Assembly (NCBI GenBank): GCA_040954595.2
Contig: CM082584.2
Location: forward strand, 8,757,146-8,821,145
Source: Balanoglossus misakiensis
Lineage: Eukaryota; Animalia; Hemichordata
DNA: 64,000 nt
Direction: 5' to 3'
Made by a program: the position numbers and the translations under genes. Every line of letters begins with the position of its first letter. Positions within the stretch are counted from its first letter, which is position 1. This document shows positions 53,359-64,000 of this stretch, piece by piece. The notes beneath the pieces were generated by a model. It was not told the origin of the DNA. It searched no databases and saw nothing but the letters and a program-made list of their open reading frames with translations.

Positions 53359-53522
53359 CTGTACTGGGTTAAATAACTGACACACACAGCATCTAGGTCC
53401 TTCCTTGGCAGCTCTTGAATTCATCTCTTTCTCTAATTCGAAATTGAACGGTTGATTAATCCAGAGTCCCTGGAATGGCTTAGCCCAAGTATCGGAATGA
53501 TCTTCAGATCCTGACGTCATGT
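53359..53522 (-). CDS. KDM4: KDM4 exon: start of PHD1 region
   Basis: WAKPFQGLWINQPFNFELEKEMN...RCCVCQLF matches KDM4A WAKPLSQLWQNRPPNFEAEKEFN...HCAVCMIF. Donor CAG|gtgagt; phase 1 to 0. Confidence 0.93.
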
Positions 53523-53760
53523 CTGAAAAAATAAAATGAGAAGAGATCAGTGCTTTGAATCTGTCATCTACTTGAACAACACGTGAAGCATTATGAGTTC
53601 ACGGACACAAATAACCATAGTTGATTTTTGTTTTGATCCTTGTTTTTTCTAAGACTGTGCCATATGACATGATTGATATGTGTTGTATATGGTCCAGAAA
53701 TATCTCTCGAGCTGGACTTGCTTTCATGGATATAATGATAATATTCTTAGTGGTACAAAC

Positions 53761-53916
53761 CTTCCTCACTGGTCATTTCTTGTTTAGCCACTGGTAGTGG
53801 TGATTTAGGTGGTTTTGTGATGGGGTGTCTCCTAAACGGTAAACCCTTGTCAGCTTGTTTAGCGAACGCACTTGTATCTGACCTGACTGCCAGCTCATCT
53901 GGGTCAGTGCTGTCAT
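53761..53916 (-). CDS. KDM4: KDM4 linker exon
   Basis: 156 nt, phase 1 to 1, DSTDPDELAVRSD...KQEMTSEE. Acceptor atttcag|, donor GAAG|gtttgt (weak). Confidence 0.75.
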
Positions 53917-54099
53917 CTGAAATCCAAAGAATACCTAGGCAGTCAGCATTTATGGCAACAATATGACAAAAATACAAAGCTGATGCCATTTGGAGTTCAA
54001 ATCCTCATACAATATTTGGTACGTTATAAGAAGGCACAAACACCAGAATGCAAGGTCACTCATGGTTCATGGAAACACCCTATTGTTCAAATGCACTAC

Positions 54100-54890
54100 C
54101 TGCTTGAAGTTTGTATCCACTCAGATCATCTTTCCTTCTCCTCCTCCTCTTCTTCTTCCTCTCTGGCTCACTGTCATTGCCGCTGCCCCATCCCTCTCTA
54201 CCGCTGCTGCTGTCTATCCTGTGCTTCCTCGGCCTGGAGTGACCTTCGACCTTTGGCAACCTCTCAACCCTGGGCGGAGGGGGCAACTCCGGTTCGTTTG
54301 TGACGATTGTGAGGTGAGGCGGCTCATCAAAGTTCTCTTCCTGGAATTCATCATCCTCACTTCCGGCATGCCCGACTTCCGGCAGCGATTCAGACTCACT
54401 CATTTTTTCCTTCCTCTTTTTCTTCTTCTTCTCCTTCTTTCTCTTCTTGTGCTCCTCATCAAGCTCCGACGATTCCCTCCGTTTCGCTTTCTTCTTTTTC
54501 TTCTTCTGCTTCTGCTCCTCAGTCACTACTATCTGCGGAGGATACTTGTCAAGCAACGGTATTTCTTCTTGCTCCGAATACAGAGGAATAAGTTCTTCTT
54601 GTGTGTATTTATCAATTTCCGGCGGCGTGTCGTCGTTTTTCTCTTTACTTATCTTTGGTGGTTCTTTCTCTTCAAATTTAAGATCCTTGGCTGCCGTTGA
54701 CTTGGTTGATACCTGGGCCGTCTCTTTGGGTTTAACTTTCGGGTGTTTGGGTGGCCTACCCCTTCTGCCGGGTACCTTCACTGGTTTCTTGTCGGCTTTC
54801 TTGGGGGACAGTAATGATCTGCCATGGCCTGATGAGTGGGATTTCTTCGCCGGTGATCCCAACTGTCTCCTTTTGTACAAGTCAGGTGAC
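54100..54890 (-). CDS. KDM4: KDM4 exon: long K/E/P-rich low-complexity linker
   Basis: 791-nt open exon (ORF 54080..54880). Acceptor tttttcacag|, donor GCAG|gtagtg; phases 2 to 1 fit both neighbours. Confidence 0.85.
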
Positions 54891-55050
54891 CTGTGAAAAA
54901 GAAAGATGGATAGACAATCTATAATTTAGAATATATATAAGTATACATCTTGTGTATACCTCATATGCTGTCTACTCTTGATATCCACTTAACAAACACT
55001 GATCAAAAAAATTTTTCTTCCTTCCTGACTTCCAAAGACACACATTTATC

Positions 55051-55135
55051 ATCCCTTTCACCACAATGGTTTGGTCCAATTCCATTGTTTTCTATGATAA
55101 AGTTGGATGTCTATATAAGGAAATGTGGGTGGAAG
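55051..55135 (+). mobile_element. Degenerate ~90-bp MITE-like element, TTAACCC...GGGTTAA family (other copies near 49900-49990 +, 58483-58570 +, 51482-51575 -)
   Basis: Shared core ccctttca.cac.atggtttggtccaa..ccattgttttc.atgg....tggac....aaggaa. The 58483 copy begins ttaacccttt and the 49900 copy ends aaagggttaa. Confidence 0.5.
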
Positions 55136-55208
55136 CACCACATCAGCAAAATCTCATTTCTAAACCACTGAGTGTGGGAGCATGTTCTCAGTAAATGCAA
55201 GCACTCAC

Positions 55209-55390
55209 GTGTGTTCAGCCGCATGCATAGCAGCCAGTCTCTTGGGCTTTTCCGGCACATGGCCCAGGCATTCTTCTATGGTCTTGATATCTTTGCCAGC
55301 TTTCCAAGCCTCGTAGCGCTGGGGCTGGTATTCCCTCACAAAGATATCCATGCCGATTTTCACGTTGTCCCGCCGGCACCGACATAATGT
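55209..55390 (-). CDS. KDM4: KDM4/JMJD2 exon: end of catalytic core with the CxC zinc ligands
   Basis: [34 protein letters not shown] matches KDM4A [34 protein letters not shown]. Acceptor ctttgcag|, donor AC|gtgagt; 182 nt, phase 0 to 2. Confidence 0.95.
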
Positions 55391-57439
55391 CTGCAAAGAG
55401 AAAAAAAATAAACTTACAGAAAAGAAAACCAGACATGAAAATGTTAAATCGAAGGAAATCAATGTTGAAGTTTGTATTGAAAGAAGATGCTTACAAGTAC
55501 ATCCATCCACGCATTCCTCAGAAATACAGGAGTTTGACAACACCTATACTGCTGCAAATTATGAATCAACACACGCTTTGATTTAACACATCTTTCTTTC
55601 TCATTTATTTGATGTGACATGCAAGGTTCTCTCTTTAGTGACACTCAATCCATCCATCTTCAACTCTTTGGATTAACAGAGTGTAAAGGTTTGCCACCAC
55701 AGAGAACCCGGTCTGACTTCACAATTCACAGAAGGTCAATCGTTTCTGGAACCTCTTGAGTCGCCGGGACAAACAAAGACAATTAATGGGAACAAGAGTT
55801 GACTAATTGTGCCGTTTGACCTGTACCTCTCTTGGTCCAACTCAATCTGGGGCAATAAAAAAATATGCATTGTGTAATTGTGACAGATGCTTTCCTGGCG
55901 TTATCCATAAAGCACGCTGTTATTTGAACACAGACAGGAGTCAAGGAAGTCTGCCTTTAAAGCGAACTTAGTCACACTTCCGGACCCTTCAAAAAGAGTC
56001 TGGGTCTGAAACTACTCATGTGTGAATGCTTCACTGTGAGAGCAAGCGAAGTCAATGAAGATCTCAAATCGAGCAGAAAGGGAAAAAAACAAGTCATCTG
56101 AAGGCATATGTCACACATTTATCTATGCCAATTGACACAAAGTGCGTCAATGGTCCCAACTTTTCAATCGCTTGAACTCCCAGATCCCCGGGGCCAGTAG
56201 ACCCTACCCCCAAGGCAGCCCTACTTCTATTCATTCCACTCCCCCCGCAATATCCTGTAAACTTGATTTACTCACTCGTAAAAATGAGAATTCGAGGGAT
56301 CTAGGACGTATGATCTGAACTACTGGTAGTTTATTTTTCAACTCCGAATATAGGAATATCACAAGGTTCTAACTAGCAATCATGAACAAGCTCATCACTG
56401 GCACATCAATCACTACTTTTCTGCTCTGACATGAACACCAGTGCATCACAAGCACAATCTGATTAAACTTTACGGCCTGAGAGTTTGTCTGTGAATGTGA
56501 CAATACATGTGTGTGTGTGTGTGTGTCTGCATGGGTGTGCGCATTTGTGTGTTACATTGTAGGACAGTGGAGTACTGGTATGTGTACACAATGTCCCACT
56601 TAAAATGGGGAGGTGTGTTTGAGTGTGCGTACCCAGGGATATACGTAAAAGGGAGTGCGTGTGTGTGTCTTCAAAACATCCAAGTGTTTGTGTACACGTG
56701 TTTGTATCTCAATTTATTTATTTGAGCACTTGTAAAGTGTGTTCCAGTGGCACTGTCCCCTATACCTTTCATCCGTGCCTCCCTCCCCCTCCGCTTTTCT
56801 CTTCCCCATTCAGGCGAGTTAATCTTTAACTTATCCATCAATCACAGCCGGTCTCTCCATTGTGAGCACAGCCGGGCCCCGGACAATGTGGCCATGCAGC
56901 TGTGACTGACAAAGATTCAATACCACAGTGACAACAGGTGAACCCGTAACACTGGCCTAAACACAGTCAATCTCCATGGGGAAAACAGGATCAGATTATA
57001 TTCTCGCTCTCCTTAATCTAAGACGCACGGCAAACAGTCGGGGGGAGATTGATTGAAACCTGCGCTGCTGTCAATCACCGTGACAGTGGCATGGAAGAAA
57101 AAATGGCTTTCTTCTCAACTTCTTGAGAAAAGAAAACACAGACCGTACGCGTGTGTGGGCCAAGTCTTCTTAAGAATCTTAGCAAAATCGTTAGTAGAAC
57201 GATACTGGAAAACCATACTTGCTCTTCTGCAGCTAAGTTCTCACCGTGCCATCTAAAATACACAACTCTCTTGTTAAATCTTCACACTTGTGCTAAGCTC
57301 ATGAAAGTGTCAATAATGAAAGGAATGCCAAACTCATAGATCAAGTTCCTATGTCATACGTATCACCTGTGTGACTATTGTTCAAACGGAAGGACGTAGA
57401 ACTTGGTTAAGTAGCAATGGTGAAGTACATGGTTACATG

Positions 57440-57497
57440 TCATGATGTGTGTTCATACATGTATGGCATGTACGTTTTTTGTTTGTCTGCCAGCCTC

Positions 57498-57528
<31 letters not shown>

Positions 57529-57650
57529 GCATGCACGTATGTATGCATGTATAGTATTGTATACATATATCTTTTAGTGTCTGTATGTGTATTGTATGTT
57601 TGCATCTTAGCCTCTGTGCCTGGATGGTAAATCTGTGTGTATATGCATCA
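57440..57650. repeat. Degenerate TG/TATG simple-repeat tract (similar tracts near 1826-1925 and 56500-56740)
   Basis: gtgtgtgtgtatgtgtatgtgtatgtgtgcatgcacgtatgtatgcatg and similar; boundaries approximate. Confidence 0.8.
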
Positions 57651-60600
57651 TCTACATAATAACATACAGACCCTAATCTATTGTTGGAATTTCCATACTA
57701 GATTCTTGGATTATCTCCATGGCTGCACTGCTGTAAATACAGCAATGTATGTTGAAATCACGGCACGTATATTTCATACGTGACTGTCATGAGATCATAT
57801 CATTAAGTCATGTCCTATACTCTCTAAATCAATTTAATGAGAGTAAGAACTAAATTATATTAACCAGATTGCAACAAATAAGCAGTTTCTTTTTTCATGT
57901 TTGTGTTTCTCAGACAGCAACTTGAAGGAACAGTATTTGTTTGATCAAATATACTGGACAACGTCCAAACTGTTCTTTCCACTTTCCAAACCAACACTTC
58001 CCAATCTGCAACAATATCCCCCATTTCACACAGACATCAATCACGCTTGAAAAGGAATAAAATTAATAAGCAATACAGTTAAGAAGGTAAATAAACAGAA
58101 TCCTTTGACCTATTGTGGGATCTGACCAGATTGCAGAGTAAAGGGCCAGACAAGGTTAGTCTGCCAGTGACCCCTTCAGACACAGGATAGGGAACGGCAC
58201 TTGAAGCAATCAATATGGAGCATTATACTGCTTCCCCTTCTCTTGGTTTTACACCACTTACTCCGAGTGCTACCGATGTTTACTTACGGTTTTATCAACA
58301 AATTTTCGCTCCTGGGGACATGCTAAGTAGACGTGTTGTTGTTTTTTCCACCTTCATGCGGGGCGATACTTCAAACTAAACGACCATGTTGTCGTTTTAT
58401 TTTATTTTATATATCTCCATAGCATATTGGGAGAGGATTGTATTTATACAGTGGAAAGTAGATTGAAATGACAGGACCACATTTAACCCTTTTAGCACCA
58501 CGATTTCACTGAACCCGATTATTTTCTATGGCTTCTCTGGACCCACAAACAAGGAAGTCAGGTGAGACCAGTGGTGTCAGCCAACAAAAATGACCAGACA
58601 TTTTGCCGTTTTTGAAAGACAAGCTACGTTCCACATTTTACAGTGACAGGTTATACACGTATTTGTTTCACAACTTTATCCCTTGGACATATTCCAGGGA
58701 GCTTCAAAGACCACTTGAAATCACTGATATCACTTTCTGTGTGTGCAAAGGGCTCCACAATCTACACCCTGGTACACTTGTTCTGATTTACGTAAGGTAA
58801 CGGCTTCTTTGCCACCTCCTTAGCCAAAGTTCTCACGAGAGCCGATGAGTCAACACTGCGACACTTTCAATTCCATCTACGTGAGAAACCAGCAACTTTT
58901 TTTGTTCAAGTAACCCAACAACGGTGTGACAGATGTGTAGGGTTTCACAAGCCCCGATATTACCTTGGCAAAAATTCAAAGTGACAGAAAAAAAATAATT
59001 CAATGCACACATACAAGTGGTGAAAGATCTAGCTACACCAGCCACAACCATCAACCTGGTATAAAAATAATCCCAGAGCCAATTTATTTTTATTCTATGA
59101 AATTGGGATCTGATAAAATTGCCAGGACTGTTGTTGGAAGCAGAACCTCTGGTATTGTTCAGAACTAACCAGGCAGAGAAACCTACCCCTGGTACAATTA
59201 TGATCAGGCACTGTTCTTGAGAGCGTACCACACACAAGCACTCACCTATTACAACACACCAGTCATCACGGACTCTTTTCAAACAAGGTACCTCCTATCA
59301 CAAGATACACAATTTAACTGCTTTTACACAAAGGTGAAAATTGGCTAGAATAGATTGCACTGGTCCACAAAGTACTATACAGTACAACTGTACAGCCAGT
59401 GATTAATGACATGATAGACGGTGGCACTGAAGTGTGTGGACATGCTTTTTTTACCAGATATGCCTGATTTGTACCACATCCTGTGTGGGGGGAATCGAGG
59501 CAGGTTTAAACTCTAATTACAGAGCGCAATTTCTCCCCGAAGAGTGATGGGGGGAGGCATTTATCATTACAGACTTCCATCACAATGTCTTCCAACACCA
59601 TGAACTGACAAATGATACCCGACACTCCTGGCAAACGCCAAGCGAACATGTGCCTCTATAGTCCCCCTTCTTCACACTTACTAGCCAACATCAACAGTCA
59701 CACCCCAACACATCTGTAAGTTTACACGCAGCTGCTGGCCGCGTGTTTTGTTTGATTGTGTGGCTTTCAGTGAAAAAGCAAACATTTTTGACGTCTGCAA
59801 ATCCAATTTGAAGTCACTGGAAAAGAATTTGTGCACCTCTTTAGTCACATTTCGCACCTACTGTGAGACTCGTAATAACAAAGTTAAAGTGAAGGTAATT
59901 AAACAAACCAGCCTACAACTGAATAATTTCCGCACGGGATTTCTAAAAGCAGATGCTCCAAGAACACAGTTGTTCAGTCTGCAGCAACTACAACTGACCT
60001 GTATTTCACCCGAGTGCAAATTAAGTTCACTTCGCCGCCACTCTACTAAATCATGTGTCATCGTACAACAAAAGATAACTATGAGTATTATTAATAAGAG
60101 TAAGGAATTCAAACTGTCGCAGACAGAATGAAAATCCCACGCCAGTGAAGAGCGTCCAGGGCATGCCACCTGTTGATTCAAGCATGCTCTCTTTAACCCA
60201 TGACCTCTGACCATTGCCACAACCATTTCTGGTATTTAGGATAATTTTACCATTTTCCAGAATGGGTCTGCGAGTCCCTTTCTCTAACCCGGCCGGGACA
60301 TCTGGGGATCGAGTTTTGTTGATATGTTTATTTTGTCGCTAAACTTCCTGGTAAAAAAACGAAGGTGTGACGGTATGTTTTAATTTCCATGGAGACTTGT
60401 TTAGGGTATTCATTGATGTAGTCACACAGTTGTTGTGAGATGGCTGGATAAGGGCCAGCAAAGTGGTCTGAATGGCACCAAAAAATGCCAGCAATGCCCA
60501 AAACAATTGTTTGAAACGCCCGAGTATAGGTTGGAAGGGGAGTTTGTACAAGCTGGAAGACGAAACCGGGTGTGATGGAATTTTGTGTACAGCCCTCCCC

Positions 60601-63148
60601 CTTCAAACTCTTGCATTGAGAGTTCTTTGGGTGCTTGTATGTATGTAACAGAAGAATAGGCAGCAGGAATGTGTACAGAACGGCGGCAGAGAATACCAAC
60701 ACGAAATTACAGTGTCCTCTACAATGGCACACACACACAACAAGGCAGCACACAACAAGTCATCTCTTGCAAGCAACCCACTGGTGCAAAATGAGAAGCA
60801 TTTGTTTGAACAGACTAGACTTGTGTCAATGTTTGGTTAACTGCACACCCATGAAAGGTTGACCATAACAGGGGGTGACCAGCGACTGATTCTGTCCTCG
60901 CTCAACAGTTCTAATGACACACACCGGTGGATTTGAACTATCTGAAAATAAGAATGCTTCAACAAGTCGGACTTCCTGTGCTTTCATCCTTCAAATTGCT
61001 TTTTATGAGAAAAAAAATTTCAACTAAGGAACTATGCATTGATCATGACAAATAACATCAAACCAGGCATTTCATATATCTTATCAACACCTACAGATGA
61101 CTGTAAGAGTATTAATTTTCAGGATTCAATTACAATGTTTTCATGTAGTGGTCACTTGGTTTTAAATTAATGGTCATGGCCACAAAATGTTATACCGTAA
61201 TATACCATTTTCACTGACATTAATTACATTTATTTTACAACTTGCATCGTATATTTTGTATGATCCAATTTCTGTTACTAACCTGACTATACTTGAGCAA
61301 TCTGAAGAAATCAAGTAAGACAGTTCATGAAATAACAAAGAACTTCATAGCCACAGTATCAGTGCACAAATTTCTGAATTATAGGTCCAATTAAACGACT
61401 TGAAAGCAATTTATAATTGACAATTATCTGCTTGAAATGGGCCCAGCAACCAAACAGTATGACATTGGCATTGATTAACAAGCTGAAGGAGAGCTTCCTG
61501 AAATTGTCTTCTCAACCCGAACCACTCGTGGAATGTTTCCACGCAACGCTCAAGGTAAAATGACGGCTACTACCATATCCAGTGTCTTCATCTTTCTGTC
61601 GTTACTTTTATAACTGTACTCACAGCGCAAAAGATTACCACTAGATTAGGACTTCACACTCTACATTCACACAAACATGCATGCATGCATGCATAAATAC
61701 ACTGACATGGCTACTGAGCTTGGTCGTATTTTGCCGAAGTCCAGAGATACGGACTACTTTCTGGTGGAATGCGTGGGGCGGAGCATGGGGGAGTGGCTAG
61801 ACAGGGTTTCCCTTGCGGACATCCACACCTTTTTCTGGCACTGTACCGGTATACTACACCACTACACAGAATGCAATGATAGAATTGACAATTCTGTTTA
61901 AATCAGTGCAGCAACTACGATTACTTGACATACGCAGCTGGGGAAATGATAATCTCCAGGCAAACGTATTTTCTTCCCAACAGCTGTATTGTTTTTTTCA
62001 TGCCTGAATGGTTCAAAGTGATGATGGTAAAATTTGCAAGACTCCCATACTAGAGTTACTGCTAAGAAAGGTGTTTGCCTGGATAACATACAGCATGCTA
62101 TACCAAGCAGTTCATACCCTTGCAGAGAGTATGACAATAATGTGGATTGAATACACACTATCAACATCGGAAAAAGACGCCTATCTGTTGTGTGTTCTCT
62201 ACCTTCGCCATGAGTTTTCAGACAAAACTGATCCTAAACTTTTCAAAAAGTCAATGTAACTTTGAGAAAAAGGTAACAAAAAGCTCTCAATAAGCTGTAT
62301 TATATGATGTGTGATGTATCGGGCACTACGTTGACTTGCACGAGGCACTTCAGAACACAATCTGCCTGAAAAGTTCTTCTGCTATCTAAAATCGTCTTGG
62401 GACAACAATGCTGTTGACTTAGCAGCTCTTTCAAATACTGTCTCAGAAAACAATTTGGGCGAAAATGGCCCTGTCGGACAAACACTGACTCAACAGACTA
62501 TTTGAACTAGCGACAATCAAACATCAATTAACCTCTGGCTGATAACACCACCACTAGCTTCTGCATGATACAAACAGGACACACCTGTCTAGCAGCCCAG
62601 GACACACCCGCCTTCATTTGCTAGACAGATCAGAGCTGAAGTATATTCATCAGACGAATTGGTAGAGTCGTTCACATTCTATTTCAAAATAGACGACTTT
62701 ATTGCTGACATTTTTCAATACTGTGTTAAGTGAATACATTCAACACACAAAATACCAATCAACAATCCCGTTGTTGGACATTTCTGTGAAGTCTCATGTT
62801 GATGTTTACACTTCAAATTTAAACAAGTCAATCAGGGTTATTTTGAAATGATCTTAAAATGACACCCGTCCTTGATTATTTCTCCGTCCCCACTGGCTTG
62901 CAAGAAATCAAGGAATCAATGAATGGGAAGCAAACTGGCCCTGAAACGAGAGTTTTTTTCTCAGGGTTTTTTCGGACAACCCCATAAGATTGATACATGA
63001 CTTGCATAGGTTGAATGCCAGCCCAAGTGGAGCATGCAGTCAATGGCTTTGGCTGAAATGTGACGGGTTCGCTTGTGCATGCTACTTATGAACTGACTGT
63101 GCCACAGCCAAACAATCCTCACGGACTAGTATGCCAACTATTCCACCG

Positions 63149-63168
63149 CCCCCCCCCCCCCCCCCCCC
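63149..63168. repeat. C20 homopolymer (another run, G14, at 13798-13811)
   Basis: Read directly from the sequence; homopolymer lengths may be affected by sequencing error. Confidence 0.9.
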
Positions 63169-64000
63169 ATTCATATGCACCCGCAAAAGCTAAACACTCG
63201 CTCAGAAAAAAACACGCTTGTTTGTCCTCAGTCCAGATATGTCACAGATCAGTGATGTTAATTTGTTGATTGCGGAATTATTTGCCAATTGCACATTAAT
63301 TCTGTCCCTGATTGCCATATACAAGGGAAATACAGATAAGATTACTAGGAGACCAGACCAGACCCAAAGAACTTATGAATTGCGTAATACTACAAAGCAA
63401 GTCTTTTAAATTCTGTCCCTGATTCTAATGATAATACAATTCTCTGTTTCCAGTGAATTGCCTAAGGAGAGAACATCGCACAGACAAGGACAAGCTTTTT
63501 TAACAAGCTCTCATTTCGGTACAACACTTTCTCCCACCAGAAAATGTAGAACCGACCAAAATCAACAGGTGGGCAGTCGGATCAGGGGTCAAATGTCAAC
63601 AGTTTAAAAAAGCCTGGCATTACGCCGATCTGCCACTAGACTTTTATAGAACAAGAATAAAATAAGACTTATTAAAAATTACAAGAATGATGAAGAAATG
63701 AAAGTGGTGATACTAAATGTCTTCAATCCGAAGAACTTTTACTCTGGCGAGTAAATACTAGTGATAGATACTACATGCTGTGTTTTAAAAGGTTATAGTT
63801 TGAAATCGTATCTTGCATACTATTAGTAAGTGCTGTCAACGTTTAAAAAGGTGTCATTCTCTACCGAGGAATTTCAAAATTTGTTAACCTTTGCTTCGGG
63901 TCGCTGGTCAGGTATGGAAAGCGTGGAATACCTGTTGAGACAGGTGTGAAATTTCATAGACAAGCCGGCAATTGAAAACAGCTACATTGACTCTCTATAG

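Noticed and set aside
53983-54896. Plus-strand ORFs of 236, 149 and 106 aa
   Set aside because: They are antisense shadows of the purine-rich KDM4 linker exon.
63880-63960. Minus-strand FPY peptide resembling the JmjC TFPYGYH motif
   Set aside because: The flanks (RFPYLTSDPKQ) do not match KDM4; a chance hit.

Overview
This is eukaryotic (animal) genomic DNA, not prokaryotic, and most ORFs in the supplied track are noise. It looks like an invertebrate, possibly a non-vertebrate deuterostome, but the taxon cannot be fixed from this window. Two spliced genes lie in tandem on the minus strand. (1) The 3' portion of a KDM4/JMJD2 histone lysine demethylase: 11 coding exons at 55390-49514 that join in phase with GT-AG sites into 889 aa, covering the post-JmjC zinc-ligand segment, a low-complexity linker, the PHD/Zn-knuckle/PHD module and the double Tudor domain. 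A probable poly(A) signal lies at 48182-48187, and JmjN/JmjC lie beyond 64000. (2) The 5' portion of a LAR-type receptor tyrosine phosphatase (PTPRF/PTPRD/PTPRS family): a signal-peptide exon (15651-15573) and the Ig1 exon (6790-6506), with the rest running off the left end. Between them is a roughly 19 kb CpG-rich region with candidate promoters and non-coding 5' exons, a tRNA-like Pol III element, a long hairpin, an (ATC)50 microsatellite and small dispersed repeats. The most notable observation is the KDM4-LAR gene pair, which is also linked in all three vertebrate paralogous regions but is arranged differently here. I found no evidence of a wholly new multi-gene system; the novel items are hypotheses about regulation and about lineage-specific protein features.
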